Below, piece after piece: positions 47,335-60,900 of a stretch of DNA of 64,000 nucleotides. Position numbers and translations under genes: made by a program. The notes under the pieces are model-generated. The model was not told the origin of the DNA. It saw only the letters and a program-made list of their open reading frames with translations, and searched no databases. This DNA comes from Azolla caroliniana (taxonomy: Eukaryota; Plantae; Polypodiophyta): positions 9,114,001 through 9,178,000 of the forward strand of contig JBHGNT010000015.1 in NCBI GenBank assembly GCA_043228905.1, given 5' to 3'. How positions within the stretch are numbered: position 1 is the stretch's first letter; each line of letters starts with the position of its first letter.

Positions 47335-50300
47335 TGTTGAGAATCAAGCTCAACATAGTGCAACATGTGAACACACCTTTTTGAGAATCCATGATTACTC
47401 AAAGGTCAAGAGTCACACCACTACTCTCTACACATTAATTATGTGTCATAGAATCATATTCTATGACACATAACTAATGAGTTACATATTCCCCATGAAT
47501 ATGAGTCTTCACATTCCCCAAGAGAGAGAGTGGTTGTTGTAAGTTAATGAAGAGAGAGGGTGACTCTATATAAAGCACCCTCCTCATACTTTGTACTAAG
47601 TCGGTTGTGACTCCTTGTAATGTTGCATTTTCATTTCTTATATTCTCCTTGTTAATATACATCTCCTTCTTCTTGAGTACTTCATTCTGTCTCTTATCCA
47701 TCTTGTGTTTCTCTACTCTCCTCTTTCCTCTCACACATAAACATAACACACATCTCTTCCACTACACAAGAATCACCATTGATTCTTTACATGGGATCAG
47801 AGCGAGGTTGGTAGCTCGATCTAGCCCACTCGCCTCTTCGTGATCGTGTGTTGTGCTCTACGCCGACGCTCAAGAAGAACCAGCTCATCGCTATCGTAGT
47901 ACCACTACATAGCTCATGTTCGAGAGAGAAGGAAATGAAGAAAGGAAGCTTAATCGACAATGAATACTCAAATGGGGAGCGCACTCCCTAGCAAGAAGTT
48001 GGATCGCAACAACTTTGCATCTTGGGAGTACAAGATGCACCAATACCTTGTCGGCCAAGGCTATTGGAGTTACATCAAAGGAGCACAAGAAAACCGAGCC
48101 GACCCGGAAGACGCTGACTATGCAACGTGAGAGCAACGGCGAGTCGAGTGATATATTGCTTGGCAACATGTGTTCACGACCACATGCTCGGGTACATTCG
48201 GGATGCCGATACGCTGAAGGAAGTGTGGGAGAATCTACGAAAGATTTTCGCCGCCAACACAACTGCGAGAAAGCTTCAACTCCGCCAAGAGTTGAACAAC
48301 ATCCAACAAAGGGATATGTCCATCACAAGCTACACCTTGAAGATCAAGGAGTTTTGCGACTCTCTCGGCTTGATAAGCATCAATGTGGATGATGATGAGA
48401 TGGTGCAAATATGCCTCGACGGCCTTGCACCACGATTCGGTGTGATGCGGACCGTCGTACTAGCACAGGAGAATCCACCCTCCTTCTTCGATCTTCAATC
48501 TATGTTGTTGGTTGAAGAAAACCATGTTCGAACAAGGAGCAACACCTCGGAAGGCCACATGCTCTACACGCATTAGGATGGAGGAAGAGGACGCGACCGT
48601 GCAAGAAGAGGCCAATTCGGCCAAGGACGAGGCGGACGAGGTTTGACTTATGAAAACAACTCACAATTTCGACATCAAGACGGAAGCCATCGAGGAACGT
48701 TCGGAAGAAGGGGGAGCTTCCATTCCGGTTTGAACCGACAAAGCTCGGTTGAATGTGGATATTGCGGAAAAATCAGTCACCACAAAGAAGAATGCCGTAA
48801 GAAGATATGCGAGTCGGCTTCCACTAGCCGACAATTCACCAACTACGCCATCAACTCCAACTATGATGATTGCGGCGGAATGTTCGTGATGAGACATAGA
48901 GTGAATTCTATGTCAGCCTCAAACCATATGACGTCGCATCAAGAATGATTCCGAGAACTTCAAGAGCCGGACTGACCTGGTTATGTCGAAACCAGAGACG
49001 ACACTACGCACCCGATTCGGCACATCGACAATGTTCCGTTTGGAGAAGAAGGTAAGCAAACTTATATTAAAAATGTCTTGCATGTACCAACTATCACGAA
49101 GAATTTGGTCTCCGTCGGTCAAATTGTAGAGCAAGGAATGCAAGTACGATTTAATCAAGGCGGTTGCTTCATCGAAAAAGAGGGCCAACTCATTGCTCGC
49201 GGATGAAGAGAGGGCCGAATGTTCATTCTCAACTCACACGAGATGAAATCGGCCATGTTCACAAAGGGCATGAAAGCCGATTCTGACATAGAGTTATGGC
49301 ACAAGCGGATTGGCCATATCAACCTCCAAAAGCTCAAGGCAATGCAATCGAAGGAGTCGTCATCGGGCTCCCGACATTCACGGAGAAAGAGATTGAAGGC
49401 ATGTGTGCCGCTTGCCAATTCAGCTAGCAACATCGGCACCCATTTCCGAAGGAGCGGAACGTGAGCAAAGGCATACTCGACGTAATTCATTATGATGTAT
49501 AAGGTCCGGCTCAAACGACGACATTCGGCGGATGGCGATACTACGTGACCTTCATTGACGACTTCTCTAGGCACACTTGGATCTACCCGATGCGGCAAAA
49601 GAGCGGTGTTCGAACACTTTCAAAAATTTAAGAATGAAGTCGAGAAAGCCATAGGCTGACATGTATGATGTCTTCGGTCGGATGGAGGCAAGGAATATTT
49701 CTCAGATGAGTTTACGGCGTATCTACGGAAAGAAGGAATTCGGCGAGAGTTTTCGTGTCGACATACGCCACAACAAAATGGAGTGGCCGAACGAAAGAAT
49801 CGACACATCCTCGAAGTAGCACGGGCCATGATGAACGAAAAGCATGTGCTGAAGTCGTACTGGGCAGAAGCGGCTAACACGGCCGTATAACTCATGAATC
49901 GATGTACGACATCAGGTGTGCACGAACTTACTCCGCACGAGAAGTTTTTTGGAAAGAAGTCGGACCTATTACATGTTCAGATATTCAGCTCCATTGCGTA
50001 CATGCACATCCCCGACGAGAAGCGTCAAAAGCTCGATGTGAAGTCGGAGAAATGTATTCGCATAGGATACTCACTAGAGCAAAAGGGGTACAAGTGCTAC
50101 AATCCCTCAACTCAAAAATCTCGAGTAAGTCGAGACGTCTTTTTCGACAAGTTCGCATCCTGGTACGCACCAGAGACAACTTCAACTCCGATTCCGGTCA
50201 ACCCAGAATACCCCGAAATAGAGATAGAAGACGAAGATCGACTCACGCGCATGTTCGTAGAAAGCCCAATTACGACAAGGCTTAGTGGTTCATAAGAGCC

Positions 50301-50486
50301 CCTGAGCGAGCAAAGCACATCACGATCGAGTCCGAAGATGGACAAAGGGAAGGCGAAAATGCCGGAGTATGAAGACGATCACTTTGACGGCAACGAGTCA
50401 ACTCACTCCCTCGATAGTGAGTTCGAAGGCCTTGAGATTCGAACAAATGGAGCGGAGAAAGCCATAGTATCTGCAAACGAGAAGCT
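47335..50486 (+). mobile_element. 5' half of a copia element: LTR 47335-47791, PBS TGGGATCAGAGC, gag, protease, integrase
   Basis: CGYCGKISH zinc knuckle, ELWHKRIGH GAG-pre-integrase, QQNGVAERKN, KLDVKSEKC. Same family as 25876-28375. Confidence 0.9.
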
Positions 50487-53400
50487 TGTTAGCCAGCCGG
50501 CAAGGAGTGGAGGACAGTCTAGAATGTGAAAGGGTAGGAATAATCGGAAGTTGTTATTAGGATATTAAGTAATTAAGTATATTTTGAGAAGTGAACAGAC
50601 AGACCGGAATCGGTATGCCGATCCGGATCCGGACCGGTTCATAGTAGTGTGCCGGTTGGCACCGTTTTGTATGTAGAGCTAGTGATCTATAAAAAGGCCC
50701 GGTTACATTGTAAATGGGGATGGATAATTAATAAAAGCTCTATTGTCTTATCTCTGTGTATTGATTACCGTCCTATGCTAATTACTTCCTATCTTACGCG
50801 TGTATTAAGATTCATGATATGTTGCTTAAGTAACAGATATAGGTCTGATTAATCGTCGGTCTAACTCTATCTCACCGTAACACCCTTTGGTGAAGTGTCT
50901 TTCGTAGACACCCTATGTTAGGCAATTGTCCGGCCCTTAGGAGTAACACAATTTTTGGCGACCACGACGGGATTGGATGACTAGACCAATGAGCGGACCA
51001 ATTACGGATCGAGCAAGGAGACTCGCTGAGCGGCTGCGGAAGCGAGAAGCCTTCCAGCAGGCAGCGGAAGAGATTCATTCGGATCAATCATTTTCCAAAG
51101 TGATCCGGTGAGTGGCCGAGGAGTCACTCCGTTTGCAACAAGATTTCAACCCCGACGAAGGAAGCAGCTTAAGTAGTCTTCGGGAAATGGAATCCCTTCT
51201 ACAGGCATTAGCGGCAGGAGAAGGCGATTCAGAACCATTTTCGGCCTTTGAATCAGACTCGGACGGCGAATATAGCGCTCATTCCAATTACCGTAACAAT
51301 CACGACACCCCAGACGGACTGGCGAACGAGGAATCAGATACCTTACTGACACCGGAACCAGAATTGATAAAGCTGGAAGCCACAGACTGGCCAAGGACTG
51401 AGCAAACCCCAACACCCGAAGCAGAGGAGGAAAGACCTCCCACAAAGGAAGAAAGACCTCTGACCGAGGAGGAGAGACCTCCGACGGAGGAGGAAAGACC
51501 TCTGACACCACCAGCCCGCGTTCCATCACCGGACGACGACATGCCATTTCAATATCCCAAGTACCGGGATGATCCGGACGTAGAGGCCCACGTCTATGCA
51601 TTTCAACAGACCTGGGAAGCGAATCATGTGTCATAGTGCTTAACCGTGGTCGAAACAAAACGCTCAAAGATGGCGGAGTTCGGCATGACCCTAGAAGGAC
51701 CCGCTGCCAGATGGTGCCTAACGCAAGATCCTAGCACCATCACGGCGTTTGAGGCCTTGAAAACTAAATTCTTACACTTTTTTCACAAAGAGGTGGATCA
51801 ACAGGAAATGGTCGGCCTATTTTATACCATCCGGCAGGAGCCCATGGAGAACATTCAACAATTTGTAATCCAATTCCAGAAAATGCACAGCCAGCTCAGT
51901 CAGACACCACCGGAGGAAGAGACTAAGGCGATATTCCTAGCAGCACTCCGGGAACCCCTACGAACGGTGTGCACAGTCATTGATTTCCGCACAAGCTCCG
52001 TCGACCAGGTCATAGACCAAGTCAGGGAAATGGAAAACTCCAGCTCGTGGCTGATGATGGGAGCACTCCAACGAATGTTACCAACCGATGAAGACCTCCG
52101 CTTTCGACAAGCAATTCAATGTACGACTTGCCTGAATGCCGGACACTCGGCGCTGGAGTGCACCATGCTTTCTCAATGCCTGCTTTGCCATTCTAGAAAC
52201 CACACAATGGATCAGTGCGAGTATAACTTATTGAATCGGCAAGCGCCACCGGTCCGGCAAATCGAACCACGGAGCAACCAGGAGGAGGAAGAAGAGCGCT
52301 AGCGGCAAGAGGAGCATTACCGGCCGGCACAAGATGTCCGGTACAGTGATCGAAGAGACGCTTATGACCACGACCGGTATGATAGATATGATAGCTATTG
52401 GGACTATAATGGGGAACGGAATGAGCGATACAACCGGGATCACTCCCCCAGTTACAACCCACGAAGGGAGGACTATGGCAAGTATGACGACCGGCCCCGA
52501 CAGGATTACCGGAACAGAAAGCATTTCAACAAAAAACAACATTTCAATAAAAAAGGGGATCACTAATGGGAGCCGGAAAAGGGTACACCGAGCACCCAAC
52601 CAGACCAAGGCCAAGCATTTACAACAGGACCTCAACCGGGTGTCGGAGCAAAAGCAGAATCCAGCAAGACCTGGAAGGCTTACTGCTACTATCGCCGACA
52701 AGAGGGACACAACAGTAACCAATGTCCGACAAAAAGCTACGATAAGTGACCAACGGTAAACATAGTGGTCACGAGGTCAAAAGGAAAAGCAACGGAGTGG
52801 GAAACCCAAGAAGCCATCCGGAAGCAGGCCACCGAAAGGGTAAAGAAGGCAAATGAGCGGAATGTGGCAGAACTAGAACAACAAAAGGAGAATCCAGAGG
52901 AGCCCACCGGTAATAGCCAGGCAGAAACCCAACATGGCAGGCATTGCAAGAATGCCAAATCACGCTGCCATTAGGTCGGCTATTGTAGTTAGTACCTTGG
53001 TTTACGGAAGGACTGAAGACGGGAATGACTGCGGTCGACACGCCACCGGCTCCGGCGTTCTTTTCTAATCTGGAGGAAGGACCGACAGTAGTGGACACGA
53101 GCAGTCCAGCTATCACAGCCATCGTCAAGGGACGAGAGCTACCCGGAATGATTATTGACGGAGGATACGGCGTGAACGTGATTAGCCTCCGAACTTGTAA
53201 TACCTTGGGAATCCAGGACTAGGAGCCATGCCCGTTTTGGGTCCGGATGGCGGACACAAGTTCAGTAAGACTTACCGGATTGATGCGAGATTTGGAAGTG
53301 ACTATCGGAGGTCACACATTCCGCATCTCGGCAGTAATCCTCTAGCTCAATGCACAAGGGGCATACCCACTATTGTTGGGTTGCCCATGGCTAAAAACAA

Positions 53401-54010
53401 TGCACATCAAGCAAAACTGGCGGAAAAACATAATTACTTTCTAGCGTGGCAAAGTGAAAGTACGAGTACCTACACAACCACGTTCGAGTACCGGCAAGGA
53501 GCTGACACCATTGTATGCGGAATGTGTCAATATGCTTGAAGGATTGGCTGATGAAGAGGTCGATCAGTACTTACAGGAGAATCCGAAAATTGTACCTTTA
53601 TTTGAAATTGATGTCGCCGAAGCAGTGGCACCATATATAATGCAACTGGAGGATGCTGCTGCAGAACCGGATAAAGAAGCCATCAGGGAGTTACGACAAG
53701 CGCAGGAAGCTTTGGAGAAGGAATTGGCAGTATCTCAACGCGTAAAAGATGCAAGACCGGTTCACATCGCCAAAGAAATGACTCCAGGAAGGAAGACGGC
53801 AATGATCACCTTATTAAAGGAGTTCTGGGACGTGTTCGCGTGATCTTACGAGGACATGTGGGGGCTAGATCCTCAGTTGTATCAACACCAAATACATCTG
53901 TGTAAGGACGCCAAGCTGGTGGCGCAACAGCGCTACCGGATGAACCCTAACTATGCAGCAAAAGTGAAGGATGAAATCGACAAATTGTTACGGGTAGGGT
54001 TCATCCGGCG
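50487..54010 (+). mobile_element. 5' half of a gypsy element: LTR 50487-50948, PBS TGGCGACCACG (50956), gag, protease, RT start
   Basis: TGTTA...TAACA LTR related to 9405-9859. gag with CTTCLNAGH/CLLCHSRNH knuckles, IIDGGYGVN protease. 53454-54010 is homologous to 1672-2200. Confidence 0.9.
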
Positions 54011-54011
54011 G

Positions 54012-54669
54012 TTACAACAGAGGCAACGACCTCTTCCTCTCTCTCTCTTTCTGTACACAGTTCCGCGCTATCTCACTCTCCTTGCACCAACAAGAATAAA
54101 CAAAAAAGACTGCAACTAAAAGTTTGCCCTAAGTCATATTTATACTAATATGACTTTTCGGCTATTTACAAATATAGCCACGATGGACTCTCAGAAAACA
54201 TATTTACGAATATGTCTCTTCATCCGGTGAGCAGTCCTCGCCGGGTTTGCACCATCTGGCTCTCCGGAGCCGGGTACTCCTCATCCGGTTCTCACCGGGT
54301 CTGCACCATCCGGCTCTCCGTAGTCGGGTACTCCTCATCCGGTTCTCACCGGGTCTACACCATCTGGCTCTCCGTAGCCAGGTACTCCTCATCCGGTTCT
54401 CACCGGGTCTGCACCATCCGGCTCTCCGTAGCCGGGTACTCCTCATCCGGTTCTCACCGGGTTTGCACCATCCGGCTCTCCGTAGCCGGGTACTCCTCAT
54501 CCGGTTCTCACCGGGTCTGCACCATCCGGCTCTCCGTAGCCGGGTACTCCTCATCCGGTTCTCACTGGGTCTGCACCATCCAGCTCTCCGTAGTCGGGTA
54601 CTCCTCATACGGTTTCTTCATTAGCACTGTTCTTCTCCCTTCCCATCCGGAGGGACCTATCTCCTAACA
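54012..54669 (-). repeat. Partial copia LTR containing about 7 copies of a 54-bp tandem repeat (54220-54614)
   Basis: Unit tactcctcatccggttctcaccgggtctgcaccatccggctctccgtagccggg. End ...gagggacctatctcctaaCA is homologous to the LTR end at 22191. Confidence 0.85.
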
Positions 54670-54989
54670 AAGGGGACTCTTAGGCAAAGAACCTGCAATT
54701 AGTCGTCCTCCCGAAAAGACCATTGTTGTCATCACGGACAAGACTCTATCCTTGACAGGAAATATCGAGATAATGCAACCCTCCCGGGTCTCGGAAGACG
54801 AAGTGCTAACCTTCAAGGACATGCCTGTCGAGTCCTATTACCTCATCGCGATCTTACAACACGACAGAACGTACGAGCTAATTGACTTCCTTGCTCATCT
54901 CCAGGTTGTCGCAGTAGCACGCATGGGCCAGGAACATGTCAAGCAATAGATGATCTAGTGGGCGCTCACCAACGAGCTTGAATAGGATT

Positions 54990-57900
54990 AGGAGCCACAA
55001 CTACAAAGGTTGTCACAACAGAGGTATGTGACGAAGATCTTAGAGAGGCTCAACATGTCGGACGCAAAGCTAGTCGACTCAATATTGCCGACAAACTGCA
55101 AGTTGAATGCTAAGCAGTGCCCCAGAGGGGAGAAGGGAAAGGCTGAGATGAGGAAGGTATCGTATGCCTCGGCAATCAACAGTCTTATGTATGCTACGGT
55201 GTGCACGAGACCACACATAGCCTTTGCTGTAGAGGTAGTAAGCCGATATATGAGTAATCCAGGAAGAGAATACTGGGCAGTGATGAAGTGGATACCAAGG
55301 TACTTAAAAGACACCTCGGGGGTGTGCCTAAGATATGGTGTCGGAAAACCCATGCTCGAAGGGTTTACCAATTCGGATATGTCAGGGGATATAGACTCAA
55401 GCCGATCCACGTCAAGGTACGTGATGACCTATGCAAGAGGAGCAGTGTCATGGCAGTCACGACTACAGAAGTCTGTGGCCTTGTTAACCATAGAGGCAGA
55501 ATACATGGCAGCGGTAGAGGCTGGCAAAGAGCTGATTTGGATGAGAAATTTTCTCAGCAAGTTAGGATGAAGCAATGTCGAACCTAGGAAGATTCCTGAT
55601 GACAAGAACACTTCGGCCATTGCTACGAGCAATGAAGAACTATTGTTCATTTGCGAATAGACAAGTGCAAACCTTGCAAGAGAAGAATGCACTTGGATTA
55701 TCAACTCCGGGGCATCTTTCCACATAACTCTGTCGAGAGATTATTTCTCGACTTACATAGCCGGGAATCATGGCTATGTAAAGATGGGTGATAGTGGAGA
55801 GTGAAAAATAGTCATAGTCAGAAGTGCCCACTTGACGACGTTGACAGGATGTCGGCTAACTCTGTAGGATCTTCTACACGTCCCCGATATCAGATCGAAT
55901 TTGATATCGATTGGAAGGATGGATGATGAAGGCTATAGTGGTAGCTTTCAGAATGGCAAGTGGAAGTTCTACCGAGGAAATCTTCTAGTGGCCCGAGCAC
56001 AGAAAGAAGGCACATTATATATTATGCATGTCCGATTGTGCAAGTCGGAAGTGAACGTCGTAGCCGACTCAATGGGAGAGATATGGCATAAGAGGCTAGG
56101 CCACATGAGCAAGAAGGGACTGCATTTGTTAGTCAACCAAAAACTCCTACCATAATTCAAGGGAGTGCACCTAGAGAAGTGCATCGACTGCATAGTTGGT
56201 CAGCAGAACAAGGCAGCATTCCATGCAAGACCACCGAAAAGAAGAGAAGTGCCACTGGAACTATGTAGATGATCCATCACATCAAGGACGACAGTACTTT
56301 GTGACGTTTATTGATTACTATAGTCAGAAGACATGGGCCTTCGTACTAAAGTCGAAGGATCAATTACTGTCGTTCTTCAAGGAGTTTCAGGCAAGAGCCG
56401 AACGAGAGTCGGGTCGGAAGTTGAAGGTTGTCCGAACCGACAACGGTGGTGAATATAGAGGGCAGTTTAAGGAATATTGCAAGGCCCAAGGTATTCGAGT
56501 CGAATACATAGTGACGAAGACCCCTGAGTTGAACGGGCTTGCAGAGAGGATGAATCGAACAATCATGGAGAGAGTGAGGAGCATGCTCTCTCATGCTAAA
56601 CTGTCAAAATCCTATTGGGCTGAGGCGATGTATACAGTTGTTTACCTGATCAATAGGTCTCCCTCAGTGCCATTGAAGGGTGATGTCCCACAGAGGGTGT
56701 GGACGGGAAAGGATGTCTCCTACTAGCATCTGAGGGTGTTCGGATGTCTGGCGTATATGCATGTACCGAAGGATCGGAGGGAGATACTCGACAATAAGTC
56801 AAAAACATGCATATTCATGGGATACTCTGAAGATGAGTTCGGCTATAGGCTATGGAACCTAGTCGACAAGAAAGTGGTGAGGAGTTGGGACGTAGTCTTC
56901 TTGGAAGACAAGAAAATAGAGGACTGGATGCGACAGAAGTCGGAATCAACTAACCACTCAACCTCCACTACTATTAACCTGAGGTCAAATGAACCAACTT
57001 TGACGGTTGTTCGGAGATAGCCAGTCGACACAACCGAATCCGAGTCGATCAACTCAGAGAAACCGACCAACTATGACTTTGAGTCGGCAGAACTGCTAAG
57101 GTCGATTGAGGAATATGAGTTGGAGTTGTCCAACTAGGAGATGTCGATCGACATATATGAACCCGAGCAAAGAGGAGAGTCAGGAGAGACACCCGAACAA
57201 GAGCCGACAACGAGTGGAAGGAGATACCCACTCAGAGAAAGAAAAGCACCGACAACATATGCCAGTTAATACATCATCCTGATTGATGAAGGTGAACCAA
57301 AGTGTTATGATGAAGCCATAACCGACAAGAACAAGGAGAAATGGTTGAACGTGATGCAAGATAAGATGGAATCCTTGCACGAGAATTACACCTACGACCT
57401 AGTAGAGCTGCCGAAAGGTAAGAGAGCACTCAGGAATAAGTGGGTCTACAAAGTGAAGACTAGAGAAGCCGATAGTGAGCCCAAGTATAAAGCCCGCATA
57501 GTGGTGAAGGGTTTTCAATAGAAAAAGGTTTTTGACTTCGACGAAATATTCACTCCAGTCGTGCAAATGACATCCATCCGAACTGTTCCGAGCATAGCTG
57601 CCAGGATGGACCTGGAGATCAAACAATTGGATGTCAAAATTAGCATTCTTGCACGGTGAACTGGATGAAGAAATCTACATGCAACTACCCGAAGGTTTTG
57701 TGGACAAAGGGAAAGAGAACCTTGTGTGTCGATTGAAGAAAAGCTTGTATGGTTTGAAGCAAGCTCCACGCCAATGGTACAAGAAGTTCGAATCCTTCAT
57801 GGTGGAACATGGGTTCCAGAAAACACAGGTCGATCACTATGTGTTCGTCAAAAGGTATGATGAAGGTGACTTCTTGATTCTCTTATTATATGTTGATGAC

Positions 57901-60900
57901 ATGTTGATAGTTGGTCAAGATACAAGGAAGATCGGATGCTTGAAGAAAGCTACAAGCAAATCATTTGCCATGAAAGATCTTGGACCAGCATAACAAATCT
58001 TGGGGATGCACATAGTTCGAGACAGAACTCAAAAGCTGCTAAGGTTGTCACAACAGAGGTATGTGACGAAGATCTTAGAGAGGTTCAACATGTCGGATGC
58101 AAAGCGAGTCGGCTCAATATTGCCAACAAACTGCAAGTTGAATGTTAAGCAGTGTCTGAGAGAGGAGAAGTGAAAGGCCGAGATGAGGAAGGTATTGTAT
58201 GCATCGACCGTCTACAGTCTTATGTATACTATGGTGTGCACGAGACTAGACATAGCCTTTGTTGTAGAGGTAGTAAGCCGATATATGAGTAATCTAGGAA
58301 GAGAACATTGGGCAGCGGTGAAGTGGATACTAAGGTACTTAAAAGGCACCTCGGGGGTGTGCCTAAGGTATGTTGTCGGAAAACCCATGCTCAAAGGGTT
58401 TACCGATTCGGGTATGTCAGGAGATGTAGAATCAAGACGATCCACGTCAGGGTACATGATGACCTATACAGGAGGAGCAGTGTCGTGGCAGTCATGACTA
58501 CAGAAGTCCATGGCATTGTCAACCACAGATGCAGAATACATGGCAGCGGTAGAGGCCGGCAAAGAGCTGATTTGGATGAGAAATTTTCTCAATGAGTTAG
58601 GGATGAAGCAAAGTGAGTTCTTGCTGTTGAGAAGCAAGATCAACAAAGGTATGTGATACTTATTGAGAAATAAGCTATAGTAGCTATTAGCTAATTAGCT
58701 ACTAGTGGACATAAAGGTGAAACAACTATTTAGTTATGCACAACTATTTAGCTACTAACAGCTATTTAGCAACAGATAGCTAATTAGCTGCATATGTAAA
58801 TGACGTATATACTTAGGTAAAAAGTAAGTGTAGTAAGTTGTAAGAGAGTAGTTGTAAGAACAAAAAAAACAGGAAATTGACGAGTGTGAGTTGAGCTCTG
58901 CGTGTAATGAAATAGAAGAAACTTTTTGGTTTGCTACATAGAGATAAGTCTCCTTCCCCCTTTCCCTTTCTGTCTTGAGCACTAAACGATCCAGCACATC
59001 ACGATCCGATGTGCACAAAGAAGACTCGGAGTGCCTTCGTAACATGGTATCAGAGCAGAGTTGCTCATAAAGAGGAACAATACAGATCTGAGAAGTTTGT
59101 TTCTGGTTGCTTATTTGAATCAGAAAGTTTTCTGTGAAGTTAATTGTAGTAAAAGCCCTAATTGAAAGAGAGAATGACTACTGAGAATGGAAGCCAAATA
59201 GTCATAGAAAGGCTAGATAAAAACAATTTCCTTGCGTGGAAATTTAGAATGACAAATTTCCTAATGGGAAAAGGATATTGGGACTACATTGAAGGAGACC
59301 TAGAAGAGGCTCTAGAGATCCCTGAGGAAAATGCAACTGCTGCACATATTAAAGTGTTTTAAGGAATGGAATCAAGGGGCAAGGAAAGTATTGCATTAGC
59401 TCTCACTTAGCATCTCGGATTCGATGCTTGGACACATATAGGATGCTATGCTTCCAAAAGAAGCTTGGGACAGTTTGGTAAAACTATTTGCAGTGAACAC
59501 AAAGGCTGGAAAGCTTCAGTTGAAGACTGAGCTAAATACCTTGGAAAAAGGTAAGATGTCAGTGAATGAATATGCTCTAAAAGTAAAGAGCATATGTGAA
59601 TCACTTGCTTCTATTAATGTGAAGGTGGAAATATGCTTAAGAGGCTTAGGACCTTAGTATAAAAGCTTCAAAACATCTATTCTCACAAGGGATAGCATCC
59701 CAAGTTTTCCAAATCTAGTTTCAATGCTTGTAGTGGAAGAAAGAAATCAAATGGATGATGTAAACAAAGGAAACTCTGAGACTGAGGGGCAAGCCCTCTA
59801 TAATAGTGCTGGAAGAGGCCGAGGAAGAGGCCATGGAAGATTTGGTTCAGCTAGAACCAATAGTAACAATCAAGGAAGAGGACAACAAGCTACAAGTGGA
59901 AGAAACAACATCAGAGATAGGGGGAGCAATCGAGGTAGAGGTAAGTAAACTTATTTGAATGATGATGGTTGTTGGTATTGTGGAAAACTAGGCTATGAAA
60001 AGAAAAATGATGAAAAAGAGGGAAGAGACAACAAAATAATTATGCTTCAACATGGGATTTGGTAAAGTTACCAAAAGGAAAAAGTGTTGTGGGTTGCAAA
60101 CGGGTCTACAAGACAAAGCATGATTCCAATGGAAATGTTAGTAGACATAAAGAAAGACTTGTGGCAAAGGGATATGCCCAGATGCATGGAATTGATTATG
60201 ATGAAACATTTGCACCGATTGCAAAGATGGCAACCTTGAGAACACTACTTGATGTGAGTGCAGCCAAAAGATGGGTTCTGCACCATATGGATATAAAAAA
60301 GGTTTTTTTACATGGTAACTTGGAAGAGGAAGTATACATGTGTCAACCACCAGGTTTTGAAGATAAGAAGCATCCAGAATATGTATGTAGGCTGAAAAAG
60401 GCTCTCTATGGATTAATACAAGCACCAAGGGCATGGCATAAAGAACTTTTAGAATCTCTGAAAAAATTTGCTTTCAAAATGTCAAAGGTTGATCCATCAT
60501 TGTATGTAAAAAGGATAAATGATTGCATTGTTGTTATTTTGATTTATGTTGATGATTTAATCATTGGAGGTGATTCCATGGATGAAATAAGCAAGCTAAA
60601 AAAAAATCTAGAAATGCAATTTCATATGAAAGACTTGGGAGAGTTGAGATACTTTCTCGGTATTGAGATGATCAGATCTGAAAGTGGTATATATATGTTG
60701 CAAAAACAGTATGCAACAACTATGTTGAAGAAGTATGGTATGCTTGGATGCAAACCTATTGGTGTACCATTAGATAAGAACTGCAAATTGAGGGCTGAGT
60801 TGGGAGCCAAAATAGAAGATGTAAACATGTACAGGTCTATGGTGGGCAACCTCATATATTTGACCATAACAAGACCTGATTTGAGTTATGTTGTTGGATT

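Noticed and set aside
54204-54667. Repetitive ORFs on both strands and a possible CRISPR-like array
   Set aside because: These are head-to-tail 54-bp units with no unique spacers, inside an LTR in eukaryotic DNA. The ORFs arise because the unit length is a multiple of 3.
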